A stretch of 64,000 bases of DNA from Syntrophomonadaceae bacterium (GTDB lineage Bacteria; Bacillota; Dethiobacteria; DTU022): positions 113-64,112 of the forward strand of contig PWGX01000053.1 in NCBI GenBank assembly GCA_003554615.1, given 5' to 3'. A model generated the notes under the pieces. That model was not told the origin of the DNA. It did not search any database and worked only from the letters and a program-made list of their open reading frames with translations. Of this stretch, positions 28,227 to 39,055 are shown one piece after another. The number at the start of each line of letters is the position of its first letter. Position 1 is the stretch's first letter. The position numbers were made by a program, and so were the translations under genes.

Positions 28227-28690
28227 GAATCAGGGCCCCCTTCCTTCTTATCATCCGGCCCTTCTCCCAGGACCTGCGGTTGCTGGGCCTGGTGAGGGTG
28301 CTGGTCATCCCTGTATACACGCAGTTTCTTTAACATCGCCCGCCCCAGGCGGTTGTGGGGCAGCATGCCCCGGACAGCCATATAAACGGCCTTATCCGGC
28401 TTTTTATCCAATATGGTAGCGTAATCAACTTTTTTCAGGCCTCCTGGATACCCGGAGTGGCGGTAATAAAACTTTTGGGCCGGCTTACGCCCGGTAAGGA
28501 CTACTTTTTCAGCATTAATGATAATGACATGGTCCCCTGTATCCAGGTGAGGGGTATATTCCGGTTTGTGTTTGCCTCTAAGCAGTCTTGCCGCATCCGT
28601 GGCAACCCTACCCAGGGGGCGTCCCGATGCATCGATAATATACCAGTTTCGTTTAATTTCACTTGGTTTTGCCATGTATGTAGTGCGCAT
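28223..28690 (-). CDS. rplM: 50S ribosomal protein L13
   Basis: [21 protein letters not shown]. Start set to ATG 28690, which follows AAGGAGAGAG; the upstream 13 codons of the ORF track lack an RBS. Confidence 0.95.
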   Translation of the reverse strand: MRTTYMAKPSEIKRNWYIIDASGRPLGRVATDAARLLRGKHKPEYTPHLDTGDHVIIINAEKVVLTGRKPAQKFYYRHSGYPGGLKKVDYATILDKKPDKAVYMAVRGMLPHNRLGRAMLKKLRVYRDDQHPHQAQQPQVLGEGPDDKKEGGPDS

Positions 28691-28734
28691 TTCCACTCTC
28701 TCCTTTAACCTCTTCCAGTCAAGCCACAACCTAC

Positions 28735-28763
28735 ATTCTAATATACAGGCCCTCCCCTGTCAA
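28735..28763 (-). promoter_or_regulatory. Sigma-A-type promoter for rplM-rpsI
   Basis: On the minus strand: TTGACA (28763-28758), a 17-nt spacer, then TAGAAT (28740-28735), about 45 nt upstream of the rplM ATG. Confidence 0.6.
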
Positions 28764-28827
28764 GCTTAAAACCCCGATAACGAGAACTATCGGTTAAAAT
28801 ATTTTTTCGGCATGGCTTTTCCCTGGG

Positions 28828-29580
28828 TTATAAATCATGATCATAGTATATTTTTTCCAGGCAGAGCCCGACTGCCGGAGATGTAGGCCCGGACGCAGCG
28901 TTATTTTCACCCCGCAGGGCATTATCAATTTCAGCCAGGTTCAGCCTTCCTCTGCCGGCCCGGACCAGCGAACCGGTGATCAGCCTGGCCATACGGTACA
29001 AAAACCCGCTTCCTTCAAAATAAATCGTCAACAACTGTTCTTCCGGCCGGTTTTTAAGTTCAACCCTGTACAGGGTCCGCTGCGTATCGGTTACCCCGCT
29101 TCCCGATACTTGAAAAGCTTTAAAATCATGAGTCCCTTCAAACCTCAATGCAGCTTTTTCCATCAAATCAAGGTCCAACTTGCCGGGAAAATGCCAGCAG
29201 TAAAAACGTTTAAAAACCTGTGGGAAAGGGGCCCGGTCAATGGTATAGCTATACAGTTTACGCCGGGCATCGAAACGGGCATGAAAATCTCCGCCAACCT
29301 TTCGGGCTCCGGTTATCACAATATCAGGGGGCAGGAGGACATTAACGGCGCAGGGGAGCTTATTTTCTGAAATAAAAAATGGAGCCATGAAGTTTGCTGC
29401 CTGGCCGCGGGCATGGACCCCGGCATCGGTTCGGCCCGCACCAGTTATCCGCACCGGCTGTTTATAGATTATGCTAAGCGCCCGTTCAACAGCTTCCTGG
29501 ATCGTAGGTGCATTTTCCTGGACCTGGAAGCCGCTGTAATTCGTACCATCGTAAGTGATGTACAACATGGTATTATACAA
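28828..29580 (-). CDS. truA: tRNA pseudouridine(38-40) synthase TruA
   Basis: ITYDGTNYSGFQVQ and GAGRTDAGVHA (catalytic Asp). Start set to TTG 29580, 9 nt after GGAGGAG; the ORF is open up to 29625. Confidence 0.9.
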   Translation of the reverse strand: MYNTMLYITYDGTNYSGFQVQENAPTIQEAVERALSIIYKQPVRITGAGRTDAGVHARGQAANFMAPFFISENKLPCAVNVLLPPDIVITGARKVGGDFHARFDARRKLYSYTIDRAPFPQVFKRFYCWHFPGKLDLDLMEKAALRFEGTHDFKAFQVSGSGVTDTQRTLYRVELKNRPEEQLLTIYFEGSGFLYRMARLITGSLVRAGRGRLNLAEIDNALRGENNAASGPTSPAVGLCLEKIYYDHDL

Positions 29581-29697
29581 AACTAAAGACTCCTCCAAAC
29601 CGTTTTTACGCCGGCCTGCCGTCATTTTGGGTTAGACCATCAATGACCTGTAAAGGTTCTTCTCCTGAAACAGTCAAAGGTTTACATAAGTGGTAGT

Positions 29698-29732
29698 AAA
29701 AACAGGCCTGGCTAAAAATTGTCCCTGCCTGT
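29698..29732 (-). terminator. Possible terminator/attenuator between ecfT and truA
   Basis: On the minus strand: ACAGGC-N19-GCCTGT followed by TTTTTAC, inside a 200-nt ecfT-truA spacer. Confidence 0.35.
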
Positions 29733-29780
29733 AAACCATAAACGAACAAGCCTCTTATAATTAAATACGGGCTTAACCGA

Positions 29781-30578
29781 TCAAAGACTAAAGGCCCAGA
29801 CCAGGGCGACCAAAACCAGGACCAGGGCCAGGGCGCCCCAATCTTTAAGGGTTATGATGTCCTCATGCATCCGGGTCCTTCTGGCGCCAATCCGGTAACC
29901 CCGGGCTTCCATGGCCAGGGCCAGCTCGTCGGCCCGGCGGAAAGCACTGACAAAGAGGGGAACAATCAAGGGCACCATGTTCCCGGCCTTTCGGAAAATA
30001 GATCCCGTCTCGAAATCCGCCCCGCGCGCCAGCTGGGCCCGCATCAACCTCTGGCTTTCTTCCATGAGGGTGGGAATAAAACGCAGGGCTACAGCCATGA
30101 TCATGGCCACCTCTTCAGTGGGCAAACCGGCATAGCGCAGCGGTTTTAAAAAATAACCCATCCCGTGAGTGAGGGATAAAGGGGTCGTGGTCAGGGTTAC
30201 CAGCAGCGAAAATAGAACCAAAACCACCAGGCGGGCGACAATAAACAATCCCTGCTCCACCCCTTCAGATTCAACCGTGATAAACCCGATCCGTAACAAA
30301 ACCACTCCGCCCGAGGTAAAGAAAAAGTAGATGATCAGGGCAAAAAGAGCAATATAAAAAATTGGGCGCAGTCCCCGCATGAGGTAGCTGAAAGGAATTC
30401 CGGCCAGGGCAAACATAGCCAGGGCCGCGGCCAGCGAGGCAAGCAAAGCGCCGAAAGTTTCCAACAAGAACAGCAAAACCAGGATCAAAACCAGGATCAA
30501 AATTTTCAGGCGCGGGTTTAGGCGGTGAATAAAGCTCTGGCCCGGAATATACTGGCCCAGGGTTATACTACGGGTCAT
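29781..30578 (-). CDS. ecfT: Energy-coupling factor transporter transmembrane subunit EcfT
   Basis: RLNPRLK start, multiple TM helices and the ARG..(R) coupling motifs (AQLARGADF, MEARGY). It follows two ecfA genes. Confidence 0.92.
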   Translation of the reverse strand: MTRSITLGQYIPGQSFIHRLNPRLKILILVLILVLLFLLETFGALLASLAAALAMFALAGIPFSYLMRGLRPIFYIALFALIIYFFFTSGGVVLLRIGFITVESEGVEQGLFIVARLVVLVLFSLLVTLTTTPLSLTHGMGYFLKPLRYAGLPTEEVAMIMAVALRFIPTLMEESQRLMRAQLARGADFETGSIFRKAGNMVPLIVPLFVSAFRRADELALAMEARGYRIGARRTRMHEDIITLKDWGALALVLVLVALVWAFSL

Positions 30579-31435
30579 GATCTATCCCGCCTCTTAACTT
30601 TATTAATTTCCCGCCGTGCTTCCTGCAGCGTATATACAGATGTGCTTACAGGCATCCCTTTTTCAGCAAGTCCGTGCATTATTTCTGTTACCGGGGGCAA
30701 GGCCAGGCCAAGGCTATATAGTTCTTCACGCCTGCCAAACACCTCTACCGCCGGGCCAAACATGGCCAGTTCGCCCTGTTTTAACACCAGGACCCTGTCG
30801 GCCAGAGCGGCTGCTTCGTCCAGGTGGTGGGTCGATATAATGATGGTCAATTTTTCTTTATGGTTTAGCCCGGTTAAAAGATCAAACAGGTTTTTCCGGT
30901 AGGCCGTATCGAGGGCCACGGTGGGTTCATCAAGGATTAATACTTCCGGGTTTAAAGACAACACCGCGGCTATAGCAACCAGCCTTTTTTGGCCAGCACT
31001 GAGTTGAAAAGGATGGCGCATTCTTAACTCATTGGGATCAAGGCCTGTTTTTTCAAGGGCTTCGATGACCTTGTTTTCTACTTCATTCTCATCAAAACCC
31101 TGATTACGGGGAGCAAAAGCAACTTCATCAAAAACAGTTTCCGAAAAAAATTGTTCTTCGGGCATCTGGAAAACCAGCCCGATTCGCTTTCTGAGCCTGA
31201 GCAGCTCCTGTTTATCGGAACCGATATTTTTCCCTTCAAACACTACCTGCCCGGAAGTCGGCTTGAGCAAACCGTTTAAATGCTGTATAAGGGTAGATTT
31301 TCCAGAACCGGATGGCCCTATAATCAGTGCAAAGTCGCCCTGCTTAAAATTAAATGATATATCATGCAGCGCTTTAGTGGCAAAAGGGGTCCCGGGCATA
31401 TAAGTATGAGTCAGCTGTTCTGTCCCAATGAACAT
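30575..31435 (-). CDS. ecfA2: ECF transporter ATPase EcfA2
   Basis: Walker A GPSGSGKST, LSAGQKRLVAIA signature, ILDEPT Walker B. Confidence 0.93.
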   Translation of the reverse strand: MFIGTEQLTHTYMPGTPFATKALHDISFNFKQGDFALIIGPSGSGKSTLIQHLNGLLKPTSGQVVFEGKNIGSDKQELLRLRKRIGLVFQMPEEQFFSETVFDEVAFAPRNQGFDENEVENKVIEALEKTGLDPNELRMRHPFQLSAGQKRLVAIAAVLSLNPEVLILDEPTVALDTAYRKNLFDLLTGLNHKEKLTIIISTHHLDEAAALADRVLVLKQGELAMFGPAVEVFGRREELYSLGLALPPVTEIMHGLAEKGMPVSTSVYTLQEARREINKVKRRDRS

Positions 31436-32271
31436 AGGCTGTCCACCAGCTCCCGGTTATAAAGTATTTGCGGCGGCAGGGGAAAGCTATCTTGACGAAG
31501 CAACGCTGCCAGTTCTACGGCAGTCGTTCCCTGTAAACCCAGGCCGTGCAAGAATTGAAGATCGGTCATCACTTCTGCGGAAGCTCCATCGGCGGCCAGC
31601 TTTCCTTCATTCAGGATCACAACCCTGTCGGTCCCGGCCGCTTCTTCTGGAAAATGGGTAACATGGATTACGGCTATGTTCCGGTTCCGATTCAGCTCCC
31701 TTACGGTGTTCAGGACATCGCGGCGGCCGGCCGGGTCAAGCATAGCCGTGGGCTCATCCATCAGGATACACTCCGGCTCCATGACCAGAACACCGGCAAT
31801 GGCCACCCGCTGTTTTTCTCCGCCGGACAGTAAATGTGGGGGCTGACTGAGCAATTTCTCTAAACCCAGTAAAGCTGCAGTTTTAAAAACCCTGTTCCTT
31901 ATTTCTTCCGGCGGGAGGGCCAGGTTCTCCAGCCCAAAAGCTATATCTTCCTCGACAGTAGTCGCAACGAGCTGATTGTCGGGATTTTGAAAGATCATCC
32001 CACAAACCCGCCGTACTTCCGGCAGTGTACTTTCTACCGCTGTAGAAATGCCCTTTACCAATACCTGACCATGGGTAGGAATTAAAAGGGCATTTAAAAG
32101 TTTCAAGAAAGTAGTTTTTCCGGAACCGTTGGGGCCGACCAGGGCCACATATTCCCCCTGATTAACAGTAAGGTTGATCCCGGAAAGAGCAGGCGAGTCA
32201 GCATCTTCCCCGCCTGGATAATAAAAATCTACGTCCTTTGCCTCAATTATTGTTGAAGGTTGAGCGGCCAT
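31411..32271 (-). CDS. ecfA1: ECF transporter ATPase EcfA1
   Basis: Walker A GPNGSGKTT, LSGGEKQRVAIA, LMDEPT. Sits immediately after rplQ, as in other Firmicutes. Confidence 0.93.
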   Translation of the reverse strand: MAAQPSTIIEAKDVDFYYPGGEDADSPALSGINLTVNQGEYVALVGPNGSGKTTFLKLLNALLIPTHGQVLVKGISTAVESTLPEVRRVCGMIFQNPDNQLVATTVEEDIAFGLENLALPPEEIRNRVFKTAALLGLEKLLSQPPHLLSGGEKQRVAIAGVLVMEPECILMDEPTAMLDPAGRRDVLNTVRELNRNRNIAVIHVTHFPEEAAGTDRVVILNEGKLAADGASAEVMTDLQFLHGLGLQGTTAVELAALLRQDSFPLPPQILYNRELVDSLCSLGQNS

Positions 32272-32276
32272 AACGA

Positions 32277-32621
32277 CTAATCGGACACAAGCTCCATAAT
32301 GACCATATGGGCTCCGTCTCCCCGCCTTGGTCCTTTTTGGATAATTCGGGTATAGCCGCCCTCGCGGCCTTCCATTTTGGGGCCGATTTTGTCAAAAAGG
32401 GCTGTAACCACATCTTCATCAAGCAAAAAGGCGAGGGCCTGGCGGCGGGCATGCATATCTCCTCTTTTAGCCAGGGTAATCATTTTTTCAGCCAGCGGCT
32501 TTGCAGCAGCAGCTTTGGCAGCGGTAGTTTCCATGGTGCCTTCTTTTAAAAACGAGGTCACCAGGCTGCGCAGCAGGGCTCTTCTGGGGCCGCTTTTTCG
32601 ACTCAGCTTCTGGTATGACAT
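32277..32621 (-). CDS. rplQ: 50S ribosomal protein L17
   Basis: [20 protein letters not shown]. Follows rpoA. Confidence 0.97.
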   Translation of the reverse strand: MSYQKLSRKSGPRRALLRSLVTSFLKEGTMETTAAKAAAAKPLAEKMITLAKRGDMHARRQALAFLLDEDVVTALFDKIGPKMEGREGGYTRIIQKGPRRGDGAHMVIMELVSD

Positions 32622-32655
32622 TCTCTATTTCCTCCTTGAAGACTTACTCAAGCAA

Positions 32656-33603
32656 TTATTCCCCGCTTTTCTGGAAGCCCAAGCCGAGTTCATCAAGCTT
32701 CTGCTCCACTTCTTCCAGTGATTTTTTACCGAGGTTGCGTACTTTCATCATTTCTTCTTCCGGCTTGCGGACCAGCTCACTAACAGTGTTGATTCCGGCC
32801 CGTTTCAGGCAGTTGTATGAACGGACCGAAAGGTCGAGTTCTTCGATGGTCATTTCGAGAATCCGTTCCAGATCTTCTTCTTTCCGATCGGAAGTAATTT
32901 CAACTTCATCAACTTGCTCGGTAAGGTTAACAAACAGGGAAATATGGGTATTTAAAATTTTTGCGGCAAGGCTAATTGCTTCATCAGACCTGATACTTCC
33001 ATCGGTCCACACTTCCAGGGTTAACTTGTCATAATCGGTGATCTGCCCGACCCTGGTATCTTCTACTTTGTAGTTAACCTTGCGGATCGGCGAAAACAAT
33101 GAATCTACAGGAATAACCCCGATTGGCTGCTGGGGTAGCTTGTTCCTTTCGGCAGGGACATAGCCTCTTCCATTGACGGCAGTCATTTCCATGTACAGCC
33201 TGGCATTCTCTTCCAGGGTGCATATGTGCTGCTCTTCATTTAGTATTTCCACATCGGACGGGGCATTGATATTTTTGGCCTTTACAGCCCCGGGTTGATC
33301 GATATCAATAGTTAAGGTCTGCGGCTCATCTGAATGTATTTTCAGAGAAACAGCTTTTAAGTTTAGAATGATCTCGATCGTATCTTCCAGGACCCCGGGA
33401 AGAGTGGAAAAATCGTGCAGTGCTCCATCAAACTTGACATTAGTTATTGCCGCACCGGGCAACGAGGACAACAGGATCCTCCTCAGGGCATTGCCCAGGG
33501 TGGTCCCGTAGCCCCTTTCCAGAGGTTCCGCCACAAAACACCCATAGTTATTCTGATCATCTTTTTCTACATACTCAATTTTCGGCTTTTCAATTTCAAT
33601 CAT
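32656..33603 (-). CDS. rpoA: DNA-directed RNA polymerase subunit alpha
   Basis: [22 protein letters not shown], with a C-terminal domain [16 protein letters not shown]. Confidence 0.98.
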   Translation of the reverse strand: MIEIEKPKIEYVEKDDQNNYGCFVAEPLERGYGTTLGNALRRILLSSLPGAAITNVKFDGALHDFSTLPGVLEDTIEIILNLKAVSLKIHSDEPQTLTIDIDQPGAVKAKNINAPSDVEILNEEQHICTLEENARLYMEMTAVNGRGYVPAERNKLPQQPIGVIPVDSLFSPIRKVNYKVEDTRVGQITDYDKLTLEVWTDGSIRSDEAISLAAKILNTHISLFVNLTEQVDEVEITSDRKEEDLERILEMTIEELDLSVRSYNCLKRAGINTVSELVRKPEEEMMKVRNLGKKSLEEVEQKLDELGLGFQKSGE

Positions 33604-33654
33604 AATATTTCCTATTTACCCTCCTCGCTTAATATATTGAGGGTGCATAATTAA

Positions 33655-34281
33655 TTACCGGGAATAAAGTTCCACGATGAGGTGTTCAGTCAACGGTACA
33701 TCAATTTCATCCCGCTGTGGAATCCTTAAAGCCCGACCTTGAAGTTTTTCATAGTCTGCTTCCAGCCAATCCGCTAATTCCTGCTGCTCTCTTGTTTCCA
33801 CGACTTCTTTGAACACCGCTTTATTCTTTCTGTTCTCCCTGACCGCAACAAGGTCACCCGGCTTAACCAGGTAGGAAGGTATGTCAACTTTACGGCCGTT
33901 TACTTCAAAGTGGCCGTGATTTATAAGCTGTCTCGCCTCATTGCGGGAACGGGCCAGGCCCATGCGAAATACGATATTATCCAGCCGACTTTCCAACAGC
34001 TGGAGCAATACTTCGCCGGTAACCCCTTTGCGGCGATCGGCTTCTTTAAAATATCTGCGAAACTGCTTTTCCATAACACCGTAAATACGGCGAGCTTTTT
34101 GTTTTTCGCGCAGCTGCTGGCCATACTCGGAAAACTTTTGCCTTGCCTGTCCGTGCTCACCGGGGGCATAAGCATGGCGCACAACACCGCATTTATCGGA
34201 ATAGCAGCGATCTCCCTTCAGGTAAAGTTTATCTTTTTCCCTGCGGCATAAACGACAAACTGCTCCTGTGTAACGTCCCAT
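33655..34281 (-). CDS. rpsD: 30S ribosomal protein S4 (Cys4 zinc-finger form)
   Basis: [31 protein letters not shown]. Length 208 aa. Confidence 0.97.
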   Translation of the reverse strand: MGRYTGAVCRLCRREKDKLYLKGDRCYSDKCGVVRHAYAPGEHGQARQKFSEYGQQLREKQKARRIYGVMEKQFRRYFKEADRRKGVTGEVLLQLLESRLDNIVFRMGLARSRNEARQLINHGHFEVNGRKVDIPSYLVKPGDLVAVRENRKNKAVFKEVVETREQQELADWLEADYEKLQGRALRIPQRDEIDVPLTEHLIVELYSR

Positions 34282-34314
34282 TTAGGTAATATTACACCTC
34301 CTTCTTTAAAGTAA

Positions 34315-34707
34315 CTATACTCTCCGCCTTTTCGGGGGGCGGCATCCGTTATGTGGAATCGGGGTCACATCTTTTATGGCGTTAACTTCAAGACCTGCCG
34401 CCTGCAGCGAGCGGATAGCCGCTTCCCGGCCGGCGCCCGGTCCTTTAACGTATACTTCGAGCTGCCGCATCCCATGATCCATAGCCACTTTGGCCGCAGT
34501 TTCTGCAGCCAGCTGGGCGGCAAAGGGAGTCGACTTACGCGATCCTTTAAACCCAACATTACCGGCGCTAGACCAGGAAATGCCGTTGCCATTAGTATCG
34601 GTGATGCTGATAAAAGTATTGTTGAAAGTTGATTTTATATGGGCAACCCCGCGTTCAATATTCTTTTTCTCGCGACGCTTGGAGCGAGTAGTTCTTTTCT
34701 TAACCAA
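34315..34707 (-). CDS. rpsK: 30S ribosomal protein S11
   Basis: [18 protein letters not shown]...[14 protein letters not shown]. Confidence 0.97.
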   Translation of the reverse strand: MVKKRTTRSKRREKKNIERGVAHIKSTFNNTFISITDTNGNGISWSSAGNVGFKGSRKSTPFAAQLAAETAAKVAMDHGMRQLEVYVKGPGAGREAAIRSLQAAGLEVNAIKDVTPIPHNGCRPPKRRRV

Positions 34708-34743
34708 GGCTCACTTATTCCTCCCTTCTTGTTAAAGGTTTTA

Positions 34744-35115
34744 TTATTTTTTACGGCGTACGCCGACAGTTTTACGCGGTCCTTTTCGGCCCCGGGCATT
34801 ATTCTTGGTTTTCTGTCCCCGAACCGGCAGGCCGCGGCGGTGCCTGATACCGCGATAGCAGCCGATTTCTACCAGGCGTTTGATATTCAAAGCCACCTCA
34901 CGGCGCAGGTCCCCTTCGACATTATAGTTTTTATCGATAAATTCGCGCAGCCGGCCTAATTCGTCTTCGGTTAAATCCCTCACCCTGGTATCGGAACTGA
35001 TCCCGGTATGGGACAGGATATCTACTGCCCGGTTTCTTCCGATTCCGTAAATATAACTCAATGCAATCTCGACCCTTTTTTCACGCGGCAAGTCAACTCC
35101 TGCAATTCTGGCCAA
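34744..35115 (-). CDS. rpsM: 30S ribosomal protein S13
   Basis: [29 protein letters not shown] start after AAGGAGGTG. Confidence 0.97.
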   Translation of the reverse strand: MARIAGVDLPREKRVEIALSYIYGIGRNRAVDILSHTGISSDTRVRDLTEDELGRLREFIDKNYNVEGDLRREVALNIKRLVEIGCYRGIRHRRGLPVRGQKTKNNARGRKGPRKTVGVRRKK

Positions 35116-35185
35116 TCCTTTAACACCTCCTTGAGCATAATCACTCCTGGCATGATTATCATTAGTGATTTATCTAATGAAAAAC

Positions 35186-35299
35186 CTAGCCTTGTCTTTG
35201 CTTATGTTTCGGGTTTTGACAAATAACAACAATTTTGCCCTTACGCCGGATTATCTTGCATTTCTCACACATCTTTTTCACTGAGGGCCTCACCTTCAT
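35186..35299 (-). CDS. rpmJ: 50S ribosomal protein L36 (zinc form)
   Basis: Not in the ORF track because it is too short. Hand translation gives [37 protein letters not shown] followed by TAG. It lies between infA and rpsM. Confidence 0.95.
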   Translation of the reverse strand: MKVRPSVKKMCEKCKIIRRKGKIVVICQNPKHKQRQG

Positions 35300-35313
35300 G
35301 ATAGCGAACCTCC

Positions 35314-35535
35314 TTATTTATAACGGTAGGTAATGCGCCCCCGAGTCAGATCGTAAGGCGATAATTCTACTAAAACCCGGTCGCCCGGCAGAATGCGAAT
35401 AAAGTTCATCCGGATCTTGCCCGAAACATGAGCCAGAATTTTATGCCCGTTTTTCAACTCAACCCGGAACATGGCATTCGGCAGCGGTTCGACTACTGTC
35501 CCTTCTACTTCAATAACATCTTTTTTCTTGCTCAT
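35314..35535 (-). CDS. infA: Translation initiation factor IF-1
   Basis: [49 protein letters not shown]. Confidence 0.98.
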   Translation of the reverse strand: MSKKKDVIEVEGTVVEPLPNAMFRVELKNGHKILAHVSGKIRMNFIRILPGDRVLVELSPYDLTRGRITYRYK

Positions 35536-35543
35536 GTTACCAG

Positions 35544-35834
35544 TTAAACCTCCTCTTCGGAACCCCCGGTCCTCGGAACCAGTTGTTTTAAAAAATCAAT
35601 GAACTGGTTGTCGGTTACCTTTTCGGGATTAAACGGCTCTTCAAACTCTGCTCTGCGATCATAGCGCTGTAGATGAGCTTTGTTCTTTTTTTTTGGCCGG
35701 GCAAAGGGCCGCCTGCGCCCGTCAACCAGAAGCACATATTTTTGATCAAGCTCCCACAGTACCAAATAATGCTTTCCTTTATCGCGGCCGGCCAATGAAC
35801 GAACCAGTTGTCCCGGTTTCAAATCGATCATCAC
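35544..35834 (-). CDS. KOW-domain small protein of unknown function (L14E-like) embedded in the spc/alpha region
   Basis: [19 protein letters not shown] is a KOW motif. 96 aa with a basic middle. Located between map and infA. Confidence 0.75.
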   Translation of the reverse strand: MMIDLKPGQLVRSLAGRDKGKHYLVLWELDQKYVLLVDGRRRPFARPKKKNKAHLQRYDRRAEFEEPFNPEKVTDNQFIDFLKQLVPRTGGSEEEV

Positions 35835-35843
35835 TCCGCCCCC

Positions 35844-36599
35844 TTAAGAAAGGTTGGAAAATGTCATTACCTCTGGGCCGTTTTCACCAAGGGCCACGGT
35901 ATGCTCAAAATGAGCGGAAAGTCTGCCATCACCGGTCACCACAGTCCATTGATCACCAAGGACTTCCACTTCCCAGCTACCGACATTAACCATTGGCTCG
36001 ATAGCTAAGACAATCCCCTTCTGAAGCAGAGGGCCTCGTCCCGGCAGCCCAAAGTTAGGCACCTGTGGTTCTTCATGCATTTGTTCGCCAATTCCATGGC
36101 CAACATAATTACGAACAACCGACATCGAGTTTTGTTCAACATAGGCCTGAACCGCATGGGAAATGTCGGAAAGCCTATTTCCGTTCTGCATCTTTTCAAT
36201 AGCTCTTTGCAAAGATTCCCTCGTAACATCAATCAGTTTCTGTGCCTCGGCTGATATCCTGCCCACCGCAAAAGTAGCTGCGGCATCGCCATAATAACCT
36301 TTACGGTAAGCACCGACATCAATGCTGATTATATCGCCCTCTTTGAGTCTGCGCAAGTTTGGAATTCCATGCACAACTTCATTATTTACAGAGGCACAAA
36401 TAGATGCGGGAAAATTGTTATAGCCTAAAAAAGCCGGTTCAGCGCCATATTTCCTGATCAGTTTTTCCGCTGCGCTGTCCAGTTTGGCAGTTGTAACGCC
36501 GGGTTTTACCATCTCATCCATCAGTTCGAGGACTTCGGCCACAATTTTGCCGGCTTCCCGCATCAACTGAATTTCCTTCGATGACTTGAGCTTGATCAT
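35844..36599 (-). CDS. map: Methionine aminopeptidase type I
   Basis: Pita-bread fold metal-ligand context: ISIDVGA, VGHGIG, LAIEP, HFEHT. Confidence 0.96.
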   Translation of the reverse strand: MIKLKSSKEIQLMREAGKIVAEVLELMDEMVKPGVTTAKLDSAAEKLIRKYGAEPAFLGYNNFPASICASVNNEVVHGIPNLRRLKEGDIISIDVGAYRKGYYGDAAATFAVGRISAEAQKLIDVTRESLQRAIEKMQNGNRLSDISHAVQAYVEQNSMSVVRNYVGHGIGEQMHEEPQVPNFGLPGRGPLLQKGIVLAIEPMVNVGSWEVEVLGDQWTVVTGDGRLSAHFEHTVALGENGPEVMTFSNLS

Positions 36600-36608
36600 A
36601 ATCCTTCT

Positions 36609-37865
36609 CTATCTCATGAATCCGCGATAACTCCGCATCAACATGTGGCTTTCAATCTGCTTAAATGTTTCCAAGGTTACACCGACCACAATAATTAATC
36701 CAGTCCCGCCAAAGATGATGTTCATCCCGGTCAAACGTTCCAGCAGTATGGGAAACACGGCGATAAAAGCCAGTGAAAATGCTCCCGCCGTGGTCAACCG
36801 GGATGTTATCCTGGCCAGGTAGTCGGCAGTCGGACGCCCCGGCCTCAGGCCGGGTATAAAGCCGCCGTATTTTTTAATATTACCGGCCACCTGAAAAGGA
36901 TCAAACTGTACCGCAGTATAAAAGAAAGTAAACAGTATAATCAAGGTCATATATAAAATCAGGTTCAGGTTGGTACCCCAACCGAGGCTTGCGGCAATGC
37001 TCTGGGCTACCGGGTGCTGAATAAAGCTGACCAGCGTTTGCGGAAAGCTCAGGATTACCGAAGCAAAGATTACCGGAATAACTCCTGCCTGATTTACTTT
37101 CATAGGTATATGCGTGGCCTGGCCTCCGTACATTTTACGGCCCACCACGCGTTTACTGTACTGCACATTAACCCGTCTCTGCCCTTGATCGAGGCCGATA
37201 ATACCCACAATCAGGGCCAGCAGGACCAGGGCTACCAGAACAATCATCAGCATGTTAATTTCGCCAAATCGGTACTGCTCGGCAATCATGGCCACTCCCA
37301 TTGGGAACCCGGCCACAATACCGGCAAAAATGAGCAGTGATATACCGTTGCCGATCCCTCTTTCGGTGATCAACTCGCCCATCCACATCAGGAATGCGGT
37401 ACCGGTTGTCAGTGATATAATAATGGTGATATATGAAAGCGTGGTCCGGTCTACCACGGCTTCTCCGGCAATTATCGTCGACAACCCGAAAGCCTGGATC
37501 AGGGCAATCACGATGGTCCCGTAGCGGGTAATCTGGGTCATCTTCTTGCGGCCTTCTGGTCCTTCCTGGCTCCATTCTTTCAACTTCGGTATGACTATCG
37601 TCAAAAGGTTCATTATAATGGAAGCGTTAATATAAGGCATAATACCCAGGGCGAAGATGGTGAAGTTGGCCAGGTTGCCACCGCCGATAATATTAACAAA
37701 ACCGAAGATGGTGTCCTCCTGGAAAAATTCAGCCAAACGGGTTGCATCCACACCGGGTACAGGGATTGCCGAACCGACCCTGAAAACCACGAACATGGCC
37801 AGGGTAAAGAGAATCCTCTCTCTCAATTCTTTGATCCGCCACGCTGTACGAATTGTTTCCAGCAC
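36609..37865 (-). CDS. secY: Preprotein translocase subunit SecY
   Basis: ELRERILFTL...GIMPYINASII, 10 TM helices, 418 aa. Follows rplO. Confidence 0.97.
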   Translation of the reverse strand: MLETIRTAWRIKELRERILFTLAMFVVFRVGSAIPVPGVDATRLAEFFQEDTIFGFVNIIGGGNLANFTIFALGIMPYINASIIMNLLTIVIPKLKEWSQEGPEGRKKMTQITRYGTIVIALIQAFGLSTIIAGEAVVDRTTLSYITIIISLTTGTAFLMWMGELITERGIGNGISLLIFAGIVAGFPMGVAMIAEQYRFGEINMLMIVLVALVLLALIVGIIGLDQGQRRVNVQYSKRVVGRKMYGGQATHIPMKVNQAGVIPVIFASVILSFPQTLVSFIQHPVAQSIAASLGWGTNLNLILYMTLIILFTFFYTAVQFDPFQVAGNIKKYGGFIPGLRPGRPTADYLARITSRLTTAGAFSLAFIAVFPILLERLTGMNIIFGGTGLIIVVGVTLETFKQIESHMLMRSYRGFMR

Positions 37866-38306
37866 TTAAATCACCTCTGCCTTTCCACCGGCCGCTTCAA
37901 TCTTAGCCAGGGCCTGCTTGCTGAACTGGTGGGCCCGGACTTCCAGCTTGCGATCCAATTCACCGTCACCAAGCACTTTCAAAGGATCACGCAAATCCTT
38001 TAGAATTCCGGCTTCCAGTAAAAGATCCGGTGTCACTACTGTTCCTTCCTCGAATTTGTTCAAATCATTCAAATTTACAATGTTCCATCTTTTTTTATGT
38101 GTATTGGTAAAACCGCGCTTTGGTAAACGCTGGAAATACGGCATCTGCCCGCCTTCAAAGCCGGGACGGATCCCTGAGCCTGACCGGGCTTTTTGCCCTT
38201 TTTGCCCCCGGCCGGACGTCTTACCCAGCCCGGAAGCCATTCCTCTTCCTTTACGTTTAGCCGCTTTCCTGGCTCCCTCAGGAGGCCTTAATTCGTGTAA
38301 ACGCAT
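37866..38306 (-). CDS. rplO: 50S ribosomal protein L15
   Basis: [22 protein letters not shown]...[10 protein letters not shown]. Confidence 0.97.
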   Translation of the reverse strand: MRLHELRPPEGARKAAKRKGRGMASGLGKTSGRGQKGQKARSGSGIRPGFEGGQMPYFQRLPKRGFTNTHKKRWNIVNLNDLNKFEEGTVVTPDLLLEAGILKDLRDPLKVLGDGELDRKLEVRAHQFSKQALAKIEAAGGKAEVI

Positions 38307-38338
38307 CGGCTACACCTCCCTGTATAACGCTTCTCCAG

Positions 38339-38524
38339 CTACTTAACTTCTTCAACATTTAATAAATAACCTACAGTATTAGCCATGCCCCTGATCACCG
38401 GTGTATCCTTCTGCTCCACTGTCTGGCCAATCTTTTTCAATCCCAGCGCTTTAATGGTGCGCCGATGCCTGGGCTTGCGAGCCAGCGGGCTTTTAACCAG
38501 GGTGATTAGCAATATTTTTGCCAT
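38339..38524 (-). CDS. rpmD: 50S ribosomal protein L30
   Basis: [32 protein letters not shown] 38524 lies 9 nt after AAGGAGAG; the TTG of the ORF track directly abuts the RBS. Confidence 0.93.
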   Translation of the reverse strand: MAKILLITLVKSPLARKPRHRRTIKALGLKKIGQTVEQKDTPVIRGMANTVGYLLNVEEVK

Positions 38525-38539
38525 AACGGTCAACTCTCC

Positions 38540-39037
38540 TTACCCGAGCAGCTTCTCTACTTCAATACCGCGCAAAGAACTTACTTCCTCGACCCTTTTC
38601 AGCGATTTTAAGCCTTCCATGGTGGCGTTGACAATGTTGATTGCATTATCCGAACCGAGGGACTTGGTTAAAATATCCCTGACTCCGGCCAGCTCTAAAA
38701 CCGCACGGACAGGCCCTCCGGCGATCACACCGGTACCTTCAGAAGCAGGCTTCAATAGGACTTTTCCGGCTCCAAAACGGCCGGTAACTTCATGTGTAAT
38801 AGTAGTCCCGGCCATGGGCACATAGATCATATTCTTCTTGGCATTTTCAATCCCTTTGCGGATCGCTTCCGGCACTTCGCCAGCTTTACCCATGCCGGTT
38901 CCAACCACGCCGCTGTAATCGCCTACAACTACCAGCGTGCTAAAACTGAAACGGCGGCCTCCTTTTACAACTTTGGCCACACGATTGACCTGGACCACTT
39001 TTTCTACCAGTTCTTGTGATGGTTCTATCTTTGACAC
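38540..39037 (-). CDS. rpsE: 30S ribosomal protein S5
   Basis: [30 protein letters not shown] start. Confidence 0.97.
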   Translation of the reverse strand: MSKIEPSQELVEKVVQVNRVAKVVKGGRRFSFSTLVVVGDYSGVVGTGMGKAGEVPEAIRKGIENAKKNMIYVPMAGTTITHEVTGRFGAGKVLLKPASEGTGVIAGGPVRAVLELAGVRDILTKSLGSDNAINIVNATMEGLKSLKRVEEVSSLRGIEVEKLLG

Positions 39038-39055
39038 CCGTGCAATTCCCCCTTT

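Noticed and set aside
30475-30498. 12-bp tandem duplication AAAACCAGGATC x2
   Set aside because: It lies inside ecfT, where it encodes a repeated LILV hydrophobic helix segment. This is a trivial in-frame duplication with no independent signal.
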